Below are positions 17,493 through 26,483 of a stretch of 32,279 bases of DNA, piece after piece. Every line of letters begins with the position of its first letter. The stretch's first letter is position 1. Source of the DNA: Alphaproteobacteria bacterium (GTDB lineage Bacteria; Pseudomonadota; Alphaproteobacteria; RF32; CAG-239); assembly GCA_045592765.1 (NCBI GenBank), contig JAZNVJ010000095.1, positions 1-32,279 of the forward strand, read 5' to 3'. Below the pieces are notes generated by a model. It was not told where the DNA came from, did no database searches, and was given only the letters and a program-made list of their open reading frames with translations. The position numbers were made by a program, and so were the translations under genes.

Positions 17493-18937
17493 TATCCCAC
17501 ACTCCCTTCTAATGAAATATTTATAAGCTTTGCGGCTTCAATTGCAAACTCCATCGGCAGATGTTGCATAACTTCTTTACAAAAACCATTAACTATGAGG
17601 CTGACAGCCTCTTCTTCTCCGATACCTCGCTGACGACAGTAAAACAATTGCTCATCACTAATTTTTGAGGTTGTTGCCTCATGCTCCAACTTGGCACTTT
17701 TGTTGCGATTTTCCACATAAGGAATTGTATGTGAACCACAAGTTGCACCAATTAACAAACTATCACACTGTGAATAATTACGCGCATTATGAGCAGAAGG
17801 ACTAACTTTTACCAATCCCCGATATGTCTGATTCGAAAAACCAGCAGAAATACCTTTGGAGATAATTTTAGATGAAGTATTTTTACCGATATGAATCATT
17901 TTAGTTCCGGTATCTGCCTGTTGTTTATTGTTAGTTATCGCAACAGAATAAAACTCACCAACAGAATTATCTCCCTGTAAAACACAAGAAGGATATTTCC
18001 AAGTAACTGCCGAACCGGTTTCAACCTGCGTCCAAGAAACTTTAGAATTTTCACCCCTGCATGCAGCTCTTTTGGTCACAAAATTATATACACCGCCTTT
18101 ACCATCTTTATCTCCGGGATACCAATTTTGAACCGTTGAATATTTAACCTCAGCATCTTTGAGAATCACTATTTCTACAATTGCAGCATGAAGCTGATTT
18201 TCATCCCTTTGCGGAGCTGTACAGCCCTCCAAGTAGGAAACATAGCTTTCATCATCGGCAACAATAAGGGTTCTTTCAAATTGTCCGGTATTTTGCGCAT
18301 TAATCCGAAAATAAGTAGACAACTCCATCGGACACTTAACCCCTTTGGGAATGTAAACAAATGAGCCATCAGTAAACACTGCGGAATTTAAACAAGCAAA
18401 AAAATTATCCGTATATGGCACAACCGAGCCCAAATATTTGCGTACCAAATCAGGATGCTCTTTTACCGCCTCAGAAATAGAACAAAATATAACTCCTTTT
18501 TCTGCCAACTTAGCACGATAAGTCGTAGCAACAGAAACACTGTCAAAAACAGCATCAACCGCCACAACTCCAGCTAACACTTCTTGCTCTTTTAAAGGGA
18601 TACCCAGTTTCGCATAAGTATCAAGCAATTCAGGATCAACATCTTCCAGACTTTTAGGGGTTGCCTTTCGCTTTGGAGCCGAATAGTAATATAAATCCTG
18701 ATAATCTATTTTGTCATAAACCAATTTTGCCCAAGAAGGCTCTTTCATTTCTTTCCAAAAAGCAAACGCACGCAAACGAAAATCAAGCAACCACTCCGGC
18801 TCACCTTTTTTAGATGATATCAAACGAATAATATCTTCATTTAGTCCTTTGGGTATAGTCTCAGATTCAATATCGGTAACAAAACCATATTTGTATTTAT
18901 CGCCTGAAGCATCAGTTATATTTTCTATTTTACTCAT
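17492..18937 (-). CDS. sufB: Fe-S cluster assembly scaffold SufB
   Basis: A 481-aa protein with SufB-type motifs (HIGKNTSS..., [15 protein letters not shown]). It is the first gene of the suf string. Confidence 0.95.
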   Translation of the reverse strand: MSKIENITDASGDKYKYGFVTDIESETIPKGLNEDIIRLISSKKGEPEWLLDFRLRAFAFWKEMKEPSWAKLVYDKIDYQDLYYYSAPKRKATPKSLEDVDPELLDTYAKLGIPLKEQEVLAGVVAVDAVFDSVSVATTYRAKLAEKGVIFCSISEAVKEHPDLVRKYLGSVVPYTDNFFACLNSAVFTDGSFVYIPKGVKCPMELSTYFRINAQNTGQFERTLIVADDESYVSYLEGCTAPQRDENQLHAAIVEIVILKDAEVKYSTVQNWYPGDKDGKGGVYNFVTKRAACRGENSKVSWTQVETGSAVTWKYPSCVLQGDNSVGEFYSVAITNNKQQADTGTKMIHIGKNTSSKIISKGISAGFSNQTYRGLVKVSPSAHNARNYSQCDSLLIGATCGSHTIPYVENRNKSAKLEHEATTSKISDEQLFYCRQRGIGEEEAVSLIVNGFCKEVMQHLPMEFAIEAAKLINISLEGSVG

Positions 18938-19061
18938 TTTTCTCTCTTTTAATACCCCCTAAAATTAGAGTTTTTTTTGCTAAATTGCAACCTCTATTTA
19001 ACCTTATTTTAGCTTTTGAGTTATTATTTTAAAATAAATGGTAATTTGAAAGGTTATACCA

Positions 19062-20096
19062 ATGATTTATCTTGTTTTATGCATTTTAATTTTAATCACT
19101 ACAGGTTTTGCTTTCTGGAATTTAATATTATGGAAAAAACTTAAGCAAACTAAACTCAGCTTGAAAGAATTGCTAAAAGAAGCTGAAGAATTACAATCTG
19201 ATGAAACAGATAACGAAACAGAAATATACTTTAAAGCCGATAGCGAATTTAATATTACATTTATCAGCGAATCGGGAGCAAAATTATTGGGCTATTCTTG
19301 TAATGAACTGCAAGACAAACCCTTAATCGGAACATTATTGGAGAATACACCTGCGCAAATAGAATTACTAAACTCAACCTTAAATAAAATGCGTAAAGAC
19401 CAAAATACATTAACATCTCAATTGTCAATTATTTTGAGCGACGGACAAAAAAAACTTATGTTGTGCAGACTTCGTCCGATATTAAATGAAATTTTGGAAT
19501 GTGCCGGAATTAGCTTTTTATGCACAGACATCTCCGAAGCCTATACTTGGAAGCAAAATCTCACTAACTTTCAAAAAACAGATATTGTAACCAACACCCT
19601 CAATGAAGCTGCTTTATTACATAAATTTGCTCATGATTTTCAATTAGCTAAACGATATAATCGTGAATTTTCTTGTATTGTAATAGAGCTTAAAGATATT
19701 TATGAATTTATCAGCAAAGGAATCGACTTCGAAACTGCAGATAAAATGTTAAGAACAGTTAGTGAGGTATGCGTAAAAACTTTGCCAAACAATGCTGCAA
19801 TCGGGAGAGTTGATAAAACAAAATTCTTTATATTTGCTTCAGGTTGCACAAAAACAGATGCCCATAATTTGGCCGAAACCATACTCCAAAAATCCGTACC
19901 AGCAATTAAAAATCTTCGAGTAGATGAATACAATGCACAAATGATGGTAATAACCTATGCTAACCGCAAAAATTTTAACGATACTTACGATACTATGCTA
20001 TCAAGAGTAAGACGACACATAAACGTTGCATTACGTCAGAGAAATTATGGCATAGTCTCTGCCGATGAACGCAATATTACAAAAATTTATCAGTAA
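19062..20096 (+). CDS. Membrane-anchored PAS sensor with a degenerate GGDEF domain
   Basis: An N-terminal TM helix (LVLCILILITTGFAFWNLILW). A PAS-like segment (FNITFISESGAKLLGYSCNELQDKPL). A GGDEF-fold segment in which the GGDEF signature reads VDKTKF. Confidence 0.6.
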   Translation: MIYLVLCILILITTGFAFWNLILWKKLKQTKLSLKELLKEAEELQSDETDNETEIYFKADSEFNITFISESGAKLLGYSCNELQDKPLIGTLLENTPAQIELLNSTLNKMRKDQNTLTSQLSIILSDGQKKLMLCRLRPILNEILECAGISFLCTDISEAYTWKQNLTNFQKTDIVTNTLNEAALLHKFAHDFQLAKRYNREFSCIVIELKDIYEFISKGIDFETADKMLRTVSEVCVKTLPNNAAIGRVDKTKFFIFASGCTKTDAHNLAETILQKSVPAIKNLRVDEYNAQMMVITYANRKNFNDTYDTMLSRVRRHINVALRQRNYGIVSADERNITKIYQ

Positions 20097-20160
20097 TAAA
20101 ATGTTAAGGTGTATGTGTTATTTTTTATAATAAAAGTTAACATATTGATATGATGGTGTT

Positions 20161-21090
20161 GTGAAATTTAATTTAATAATAGCCAAGCTATTAGTCTTTG
20201 GATTTTTAATTACAGGGTGTTCGGGAAACAGAATCCCTTTGTTTAACTATACTCTTGATACTTGGTGGGGAGGGGCCGGACAAACACCATCCGCCGTTAT
20301 AGTGAAAAAAGGTGATACCTTATACAGCATATCCAGAAAATATCATGTTCCTTTAAGAGAGGTTATTGAAACTAACAATTTACGCCCTCCTTATGCTTTA
20401 AGAATCGGACAAAGATTAAAAATGCCTACGGCAAAATATCACGTTGTCAGTAAAGGCGATACATTATACAACATATCCAAAAGATACAACGTTGATATGA
20501 GCTCATTAAGCAGAACAAACAAATTACAAGCACCTTATTCACTCAAAATAGGACAACGTTTATTGCTTCCCGGTGAAGTTGTAAGTAAACTGCAAGCAAC
20601 TCACTACGTTGCGAACACGCCTAAAGCAACATCACAGTGGCAAAAAAAACAATCAGCAAAAAGTAGCTCATCTGTCAGGTATTCACACTCATATACCCCT
20701 CCGGTACAAAAGCGAAACTCAAAGTTTGCATGGCCTATACAAGGAAAAGTTATCTCTAAATATGGGGTTATAGCTAAAGGACGTAATAATGACGGCATAA
20801 ACATTAAAGCTCCATTAGGAACACCTGTTAAAGCTGCAGATAACGGAACAGTAGCTTATGCCGGCAATGAATTAAAAGGATTTGGCAATCTTATTTTAAT
20901 TAAACACAATGGCGGATGGATTACTGCATATGCTCACAACGATAGACTCAACGTAAAAAAAGGACAAAAAGTTAATAAAGGCGATAAAATAGCAACCGTC
21001 GGAAGCACCGGTGGTGTCAGCTCTCCGCAATTGCATTTTGAAGTGCGAGCAGGAAAAAAAGCGGTCAATCCTTTAACATATCTTCCATAA
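20161..21090 (+). CDS. nlpD: NlpD-like lipoprotein (2x LysM plus degenerate LytM/M23 domain)
   Basis: GTG start and lipobox LITGC. Two LysM repeats (KKGDTLYSISRKY..., SKGDTLYNISKRY...). An M23 fold whose metal ligands are substituted (NDGIN for HxGxD, PQLHFE for PHLHFE), as in the amidase activator NlpD. Confidence 0.8.
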   Translation: MKFNLIIAKLLVFGFLITGCSGNRIPLFNYTLDTWWGGAGQTPSAVIVKKGDTLYSISRKYHVPLREVIETNNLRPPYALRIGQRLKMPTAKYHVVSKGDTLYNISKRYNVDMSSLSRTNKLQAPYSLKIGQRLLLPGEVVSKLQATHYVANTPKATSQWQKKQSAKSSSSVRYSHSYTPPVQKRNSKFAWPIQGKVISKYGVIAKGRNNDGINIKAPLGTPVKAADNGTVAYAGNELKGFGNLILIKHNGGWITAYAHNDRLNVKKGQKVNKGDKIATVGSTGGVSSPQLHFEVRAGKKAVNPLTYLP

Positions 21091-21201
21091 ATACATACTC
21101 TTCCCATAAAAAACTTGTGAAATAATAAAAATTACCCTATATATGCAATAATAATTATTTTATAGTAATAAAAACTTTCAATGGATTAAGGAGAGAAAAT
21201 T

Positions 21202-21579
21202 ATGTTTATAAGTTCAGCTTTTGCAGCTGCCGAAGCCACCTCCGCTCAAGGAGCATCAGGTACAAGTATGATTGTTCAATTGGTTTTGATTATGGCTGTG
21301 TTTTATATATTTTTAATTCGCCCGCAACAAAAAAAGATGAAACAGCATGAACAATTATTACAATCTATAAAAAATGGCGATAAAATAATTACCGGAGGCG
21401 GAATTGTTGCTAAAGTTTTAGATGCAAAAGATCCTTTTGAATTATCCGTTGAAATCGCAGACGGCGTAAAAGTTAAAATATATCGTGCAACCGTGCGTGA
21501 CGTTTTAACCGAAAATGAAAATAAAGAAAAAACTACCGTAAAAAAAGCTGTAAACACTAATAAAAAAACAAAAAAATAG
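21202..21579 (+). CDS. yajC: Preprotein translocase subunit YajC (with a Lys-rich tail)
   Basis: LVLIMAVFYIFLIRPQQKKMKQH...GDKIITGGGIVAKV is the YajC signature. SD AAGGAGAG lies upstream. Confidence 0.9.
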   Translation: MFISSAFAAAEATSAQGASGTSMIVQLVLIMAVFYIFLIRPQQKKMKQHEQLLQSIKNGDKIITGGGIVAKVLDAKDPFELSVEIADGVKVKIYRATVRDVLTENENKEKTTVKKAVNTNKKTKK

Positions 21580-21590
21580 GGTATTTAATC

Positions 21591-23135
21591 ATGTATAAAC
21601 TATCTAAATCTCGCATTATGATTATTGTTGCGATTTGCGCTATCGGTATATTTTTTGCCATTCCAAATTTAATCAACAATAAGAATGCTTTGCCCTCTTG
21701 GTGGCAACCTATTAACCTTGGACTTGATTTGCAAGGCGGTTCAAATTTGTTGTTGGAAGTAAAACTTGATGAGGTGATAAAAGAAAGAATGACCTCTATT
21801 GAAGATTCTGCCAGACAATTATTGCGAGAGAATCGTATAAGATACCAAAACTTAAATTTAGGAGATACTTCGGTTAAAGTGAAAATAGAAAACACCAATG
21901 CTCGCAATAAAGCTGCAGGATTATTCAGAGGTATAGACACCGGAATCGAAGTTGTTGAAGAAGCTGACGGGACATTGGAAATTAAATATTCTGATATAGA
22001 ACTAAATAAATTAAAATTAAGAGTTGTTGACCAATCAATTGAAATTGTTCGTCGTCGTATTGATGAGTTGGGCACTAAAGAGCCGGTTATTCAAAGTCAA
22101 GGAACGAATAGAATCGTCGTTCAACTTCCCGGTTTACAAAATCCTGAATATGTAAAAACACTGCTTGGTAAGACAGCTAAAATGACCTTTCATCTTGTAG
22201 ACTCCCGCTCCAGTGCCGCAGATGCTCGCAGAGGAAAATTGGCTTCTACATCTAGATTGGTACAAGGAACATATGGTGAAACTTATGTTATTAGCAGAAA
22301 GCCTGTTGTAAGTGGTGAAAACTTGGTTGATGCTCAACCTTCATTCCAAGATGGGCAAGCGGTTGTTAGTTTTAAGTTTAATTCATTGGGAGGAAAAAAA
22401 TTCGGTGAAGCAACTAGAGATAACATCGGTGAGCGATTAGCAATAGTGCTTGATAATGAAGTTATTTCTGCTCCCACCATTCAAACAGCAATCATGGGCG
22501 GAAATGGAGTTATTACCGGAAACTTCACCGTAAAATCAGCTAATGACTTAGCTTTATTATTACGCTCCGGAGCATTGCCTGCTCCATTAGAAGTGTTGGA
22601 AGAAAGAACTGTAGGTGCAGGACTCGGAGCCGATTCAATTAAAGCCGGCGTCATTGCTTCAATTATCGGTTTAATTGCTGTGGTTTTATTTATTACTGCC
22701 GCTTATGGCTTGTTTGGTATATTTACCACCATATCAGTATTTATGAACTTATTCTTGATGCTAGGAGTATTAAGTGCCATGGGGGCAACTTTAACCTTAC
22801 CAGGTATTGCCGGAATCATCCTAACTATCGGCATGGCTGTTGATGCTAACGTACTAATTTTTGAACGTATGCGAGAAGAGGTTAAAAATGGACGTTCAAC
22901 CAGAGATGCTGCAGATGCAGGATTTAATGAAGCATGGACAACAATCGTTGATTCTAACCTCACAACATTAGTTGCTGCTTTTGTATTGTTTTATTTTGGC
23001 ACCGGTCCGGTTAGAGGATTTGCAGTTACTCTCGCAGTAGGTATTGCAACTTCTATGTTTACATCTGTAACAGTTACCAGACTAATTATTACAGCTTGGT
23101 TAAACAAATACAAACCAACCAAATTGCCGATTTAG
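21591..23135 (+). CDS. secD: Protein translocase subunit SecD
   Basis: GLDLQGG, a large periplasmic domain, and the C-terminal TM bundle with GIAGIILTIGMAVDANVLIFERMREE. Confidence 0.93.
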   Translation: MYKLSKSRIMIIVAICAIGIFFAIPNLINNKNALPSWWQPINLGLDLQGGSNLLLEVKLDEVIKERMTSIEDSARQLLRENRIRYQNLNLGDTSVKVKIENTNARNKAAGLFRGIDTGIEVVEEADGTLEIKYSDIELNKLKLRVVDQSIEIVRRRIDELGTKEPVIQSQGTNRIVVQLPGLQNPEYVKTLLGKTAKMTFHLVDSRSSAADARRGKLASTSRLVQGTYGETYVISRKPVVSGENLVDAQPSFQDGQAVVSFKFNSLGGKKFGEATRDNIGERLAIVLDNEVISAPTIQTAIMGGNGVITGNFTVKSANDLALLLRSGALPAPLEVLEERTVGAGLGADSIKAGVIASIIGLIAVVLFITAAYGLFGIFTTISVFMNLFLMLGVLSAMGATLTLPGIAGIILTIGMAVDANVLIFERMREEVKNGRSTRDAADAGFNEAWTTIVDSNLTTLVAAFVLFYFGTGPVRGFAVTLAVGIATSMFTSVTVTRLIITAWLNKYKPTKLPI

Positions 23136-23154
23136 AAAATAAGGACAAATAACT

Positions 23155-24093
23155 ATGATGAAAATATTTAAATGGGTCACTAAAGATACGACTATTGACT
23201 TTATGAAAGCCAGAAAGTTAACTTACACTTTGTCTATATTTATGACTTTAGTGTCAATAATTTGTATTGCAGTTAAAGGACTTAATTACGGAATTGATTT
23301 TTCTGGTGGAATATTGATGGAGCTTAAAAGTGCTAAACAAATTGATGTTGAAGCTTTACGCCAAGAATTATCTGGAGTTAAATTGGATGAAATAAATCTT
23401 CAAAGCATTGGTGAAGAAGGCAATGAAGTGGTTTTGAGAGCCCAAGCATCTAATTTGGATGAAAAACAACAAATGGCCGCAGTTAATGAAATAAAATCAG
23501 TTCTAGGTACTGACTATGAATATCGCAGAGTGGAATTGGTCGGCCCACAAGTAGGTAATGAACTAAAAAAAGCAGGTATTATCGCTTCATTAATTGCGGT
23601 TCTTGCCATTTCGGCCTATATTTGGTTTAGGTTTGAATGGCAATTTGCAGTCGGAGCGCTAATAGGCTTATTTCACGATTTGATAGTGACTGTCGGTTTA
23701 TTGTCTTTGTTCGGATTTGATTTCAGTTTAACCACTATTGCGGCAATTTTAACTTTAGCTGGTTACTCCGTAAATGATACAGTAGTTACGTATGATCGCA
23801 TTAGAGAAAATCTGCACAAATATAAAAGAATGCCCCAATACGACCTCTTAAACAAAAGTATAAACGATATATTCTCACGCACAATCTTAACCGGATTTAC
23901 AACATTGTTCGCATCACTGGCATTATTAATCTGGGGTGGTGATACTTTGCGTAGTTTTGCGTTCACAATCTTTTGGGGGGTAATTGTCGGAACATATTCT
24001 TCAATTTATGTTTCAGCAGTATTTTTGAATTTATTTAATCTACGAGCTGCACAAGATGATAAAGTTTTAAATCCTTTTGGAAACGTTGAATAG
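23155..24093 (+). CDS. secF: Protein translocase subunit SecF
   Basis: GIDFSGG and LAGYSVNDTVVTYDRIREN. It follows secD. Confidence 0.93.
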   Translation: MMKIFKWVTKDTTIDFMKARKLTYTLSIFMTLVSIICIAVKGLNYGIDFSGGILMELKSAKQIDVEALRQELSGVKLDEINLQSIGEEGNEVVLRAQASNLDEKQQMAAVNEIKSVLGTDYEYRRVELVGPQVGNELKKAGIIASLIAVLAISAYIWFRFEWQFAVGALIGLFHDLIVTVGLLSLFGFDFSLTTIAAILTLAGYSVNDTVVTYDRIRENLHKYKRMPQYDLLNKSINDIFSRTILTGFTTLFASLALLIWGGDTLRSFAFTIFWGVIVGTYSSIYVSAVFLNLFNLRAAQDDKVLNPFGNVE

Positions 24094-24101
24094 GATAAAA
24101 G

Positions 24102-24845
24102 ATGGCAAAAATTTCTTGGAAACCAGGAGCAATGCTCTTTCCGCTTCCGCCAGTAATGGTTACGTGCGGAACCATGAAAAAACATAACGTTCTGACTATA
24201 GCTTGGACGGGAATTATAAATTCTGATCCTCCAATGACTTATATATCAGTAAGACCTAGTAGACATTCTTATGGTATAATAAAAAGTCATGGAGAATTTG
24301 TTATAAATATAACAACTCTAGAGTTGGCTAAAGCTTGTGATTATTGCGGAGTAAAATCTGGAAAAAATACTGATAAGTTTAAAGATATGGAACTGGAAAT
24401 TGAGCCTTGTTTAAAAGTAAAGGCTCCAATGTTAAAAAAAGCTCCAGTGTGTTTGGAGTGTAAGGTTTTAGGTTCTAAGCTTTTGGGCACTCATGAAATG
24501 TTTATGGCTGAGATTATCAATGTAAATATTGACAATAAATATATTGAAGCTGATGAACGTCTTGCTTTGGAAAAAGCTGGGTTATTGGTCTTCGCTCATG
24601 GCAGATATTATACTATGGGTAGAGATTTGGGCGGTTTCGGTTTTTCGGTTGATAAAACAAAAGAAAACAAAACCAAACCTCGCAAATCAAAATTTATGGA
24701 GCTTTTAAAACTTGAGCAACAAATTAAAAAAGGAACAGAAAAAATAAAACAAGGAAGACTCCATAATAAATCTCGCCAAAATGAAAAAAAACATTTTAAT
24801 AAAAAGAAGCTTACTACAAAATCCAAGTCTAAATCCCCGAAATAA
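24102..24845 (+). CDS. Flavin reductase-like (FMN-binding split-barrel) protein with a Lys-rich C-terminal tail of about 60 aa
   Basis: The N-terminal 185 aa or so match the flavin_reduct pattern (NVLTIAWTG...DPPM..ISVRPSRHSY..GEFVINI). The tail is KTKENKTKPRKSK...KKKLTTKSKSKSPK. Confidence 0.7.
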   Translation: MAKISWKPGAMLFPLPPVMVTCGTMKKHNVLTIAWTGIINSDPPMTYISVRPSRHSYGIIKSHGEFVINITTLELAKACDYCGVKSGKNTDKFKDMELEIEPCLKVKAPMLKKAPVCLECKVLGSKLLGTHEMFMAEIINVNIDNKYIEADERLALEKAGLLVFAHGRYYTMGRDLGGFGFSVDKTKENKTKPRKSKFMELLKLEQQIKKGTEKIKQGRLHNKSRQNEKKHFNKKKLTTKSKSKSPK

Positions 24846-24859
24846 CTTCGGGGATTTTT
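24832..24859. terminator. Terminator hairpin between convergent genes
   Basis: A 10-bp stem AATCCCCGAA (24832-24841) / TTCGGGGATT (24847-24856) followed by a T-tract. The flavin reductase TAA stop (24843-24845) sits in the loop. Confidence 0.8.
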
Positions 24860-24863
24860 AATA

Positions 24864-25976
24864 TTACATAGACTGTCCTTGATATGCTTTGACTTGAGAG
24901 ACAAATCGTTGAGAAATTATTTGACGATTTTTATTTTCTCTATCATCACCGCCTTTTTTATAAGCTCTATCTAAAGTAGCCTTATAATCACGACCTAATT
25001 TAGTCATAGTATTTAAATATCGCCTATCTTTATCACTAATTTTACCATCTTTGGCAGCTTGCTGAAGTACGACCGTGGCGTCTAAAATACTTTTTTGTTT
25101 TTTAGTTAAACCATTGTATTCTTCTGTCTTTTTAAATTCCTCATATTTGTTAGGATTCATATCCTTATCAGTAACTTTGGCTAAAGCATCTAATCCTTGA
25201 GCAACTTTTTTTTCTGCAACCTCTTTGGTTGTTGAACGTATATCCGAAGCCAAATCAATATTATGCTCCAACATCTCTTTTGCGCTCATAAAATCTTGAT
25301 CATTTACTTCTTGAGGAGCAATTTCTTGAGAAGCAACATTTTCTGGAACTTCTTCTTGCTTCATACCATCTGTTTCTGACAACTTGGCTTGGCTTAGCAA
25401 TTCTTGACGTTTTTCAGTCAAATTGCTAATCGGCATATTACATTCTTGTGCTGCAGCAACAAGCCTATCCAAAAATTCTTGAGATTTGACAGTCCCTAAA
25501 CTAATGCTAGTTTTGCCATCTTGTTGCATAGCCTTAATGATATTTATCAAATCTTCTTTATCTGCTACTTTTTTATTTCCGCTTGAATCCTTAGCAGAAA
25601 CAACATAATTATCAGCATCAGGGCGTTCTACAGACACAAAATTTCCATTTTTAAGATTTTTATATACTAATGTATCTTTACCATAGTCACCAACAACAAT
25701 GCTATACTCAGCAGATTGCATAATATTATCTAGAATAGATTTACTTGTTTGAGAGGCTGGTTTGTTTTTATCTATATCTTCTTCTTGGGGTTTAATCTCA
25801 TTTAATTTACTCTCTTCGGCAGACTTTTTCTGCTCTTTTAATTTTTCAATTTCTTTTTTGAGTGCATTTGAAGCTTCTTCTTTTACTTCTGCAGACATAC
25901 CTTCTGGTAAATTAGCAATCATCCCTTCCAGTTGCTCGATTTTTGTGTTAATATCATTAATCTCATCATTAGTCAT
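24864..25976 (-). CDS. Hypothetical acidic, coiled-coil-rich protein (orphan)
   Basis: An intact ORF. I moved the start to the ATG at 25976 (MTNDEIN...), which is preceded by GAGGAGGA. The N-terminus is Glu/Lys-rich and heptad-like. I recognise no motif. Confidence 0.6.
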   Translation of the reverse strand: MTNDEINDINTKIEQLEGMIANLPEGMSAEVKEEASNALKKEIEKLKEQKKSAEESKLNEIKPQEEDIDKNKPASQTSKSILDNIMQSAEYSIVVGDYGKDTLVYKNLKNGNFVSVERPDADNYVVSAKDSSGNKKVADKEDLINIIKAMQQDGKTSISLGTVKSQEFLDRLVAAAQECNMPISNLTEKRQELLSQAKLSETDGMKQEEVPENVASQEIAPQEVNDQDFMSAKEMLEHNIDLASDIRSTTKEVAEKKVAQGLDALAKVTDKDMNPNKYEEFKKTEEYNGLTKKQKSILDATVVLQQAAKDGKISDKDRRYLNTMTKLGRDYKATLDRAYKKGGDDRENKNRQIISQRFVSQVKAYQGQSM

Positions 25977-26213
25977 AATATCCTCCTCATACATATAGTT
26001 ATATTATAGCTAAATATTGATTAAGGTGCAATTAATTTATATCTAAAAAAATAAGTATAAAAATAAATTTATGAAAATTGCTTTACAATTTAAGGAGATT
26101 TCTTAGTATAAAAATTACGAATAAAATTCGGGGTTTTAATCTTCTTTTTCAACTTGACTTATATTCTCATTTATTTTAGCTTTTTGTTTATGAAACATAT
26201 AAACTTGTTTCTA

Positions 26214-26464
26214 GTACCTGCAGTAAAGGTACGGAGCCGTCAGAAGCTCTTTTGATATACTCGGTGCGTAGATATAGCATCGTTAATTGGTATAGGTATG
26301 GTGTTATATCTATAATCCGATAATATATCCCCGGCTATAAGCATAATGGTCGGGGAGCTTTGGGTGTATGTCCAGAAGTAAACACTTTAAAGACTCAAAG
26401 GAGCATTTAGTATATCATGCTTTCTGAACTCTCCGACCACCTTTCCAGCAGGTGGTTTTTCTTT
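26214..26464 (+). ncRNA. Structured 5' leader (riboswitch-like transcription attenuator) of the RgpF-like/glycosyltransferase operon; class unassigned
   Basis: A G+C-enriched island in an AT-rich spacer. It has several hand-foldable helices plus mutually exclusive anti-antiterminator, antiterminator and terminator pairings. Details are in the findings. Confidence 0.55.
26436..26464 (+). terminator. Intrinsic terminator of the leader, 20 nt upstream of the rgpF-like ATG
   Basis: ACCACCT (26436-26442) pairs with AGGTGGT (26450-26456) around the loop TTCCAGC, followed by TTTTCTTT. Confidence 0.75.
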
Positions 26465-26483
26465 ATCTGCGTGGAGAGATTAG

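Noticed and set aside
18975-18992. The inverted repeat TTGC-N6-GCAA in the sufB / PAS-GGDEF divergent region as an IscR/Fur-type operator
   Set aside because: The arms are only 4 bp long and the context is AT-rich, so it is expected by chance. It bears no resemblance to the Fur box or to known IscR sites. It may simply be the palindromic -35 hexamer TTGCAA.
26190-26381. Small ORFs in the leader (21 codons at 26190-26255; 11 codons at 26346-26381) as attenuation leader peptides
   Set aside because: Neither has a Shine-Dalgarno sequence or runs of a regulatory codon. The alternative-helix logic works without them.
26210-26460. Could the structured RNA be a two-piece (permuted) alphaproteobacterial tmRNA, or RNase P, 6S or SRP RNA?
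   Set aside because: It has no T-arm GGTTCGA-type sequence and no tag reading frame ending in Ala-Ala-stop. It lacks the GAGGAAAGTCC of RNase P and the SRP domain-IV motif. The terminator lies 20 nt from the next ATG, which argues for a cis-acting leader rather than a stand-alone housekeeping RNA.
26329-26464. T-box leader (the antiterminator contains TGGT)
   Set aside because: It lacks the conserved T-box sequence (AGGGTGGNACCGCG), the specifier-loop architecture and the AG/GNUGGA boxes. The downstream genes are not aminoacyl-tRNA synthetase or amino-acid genes.
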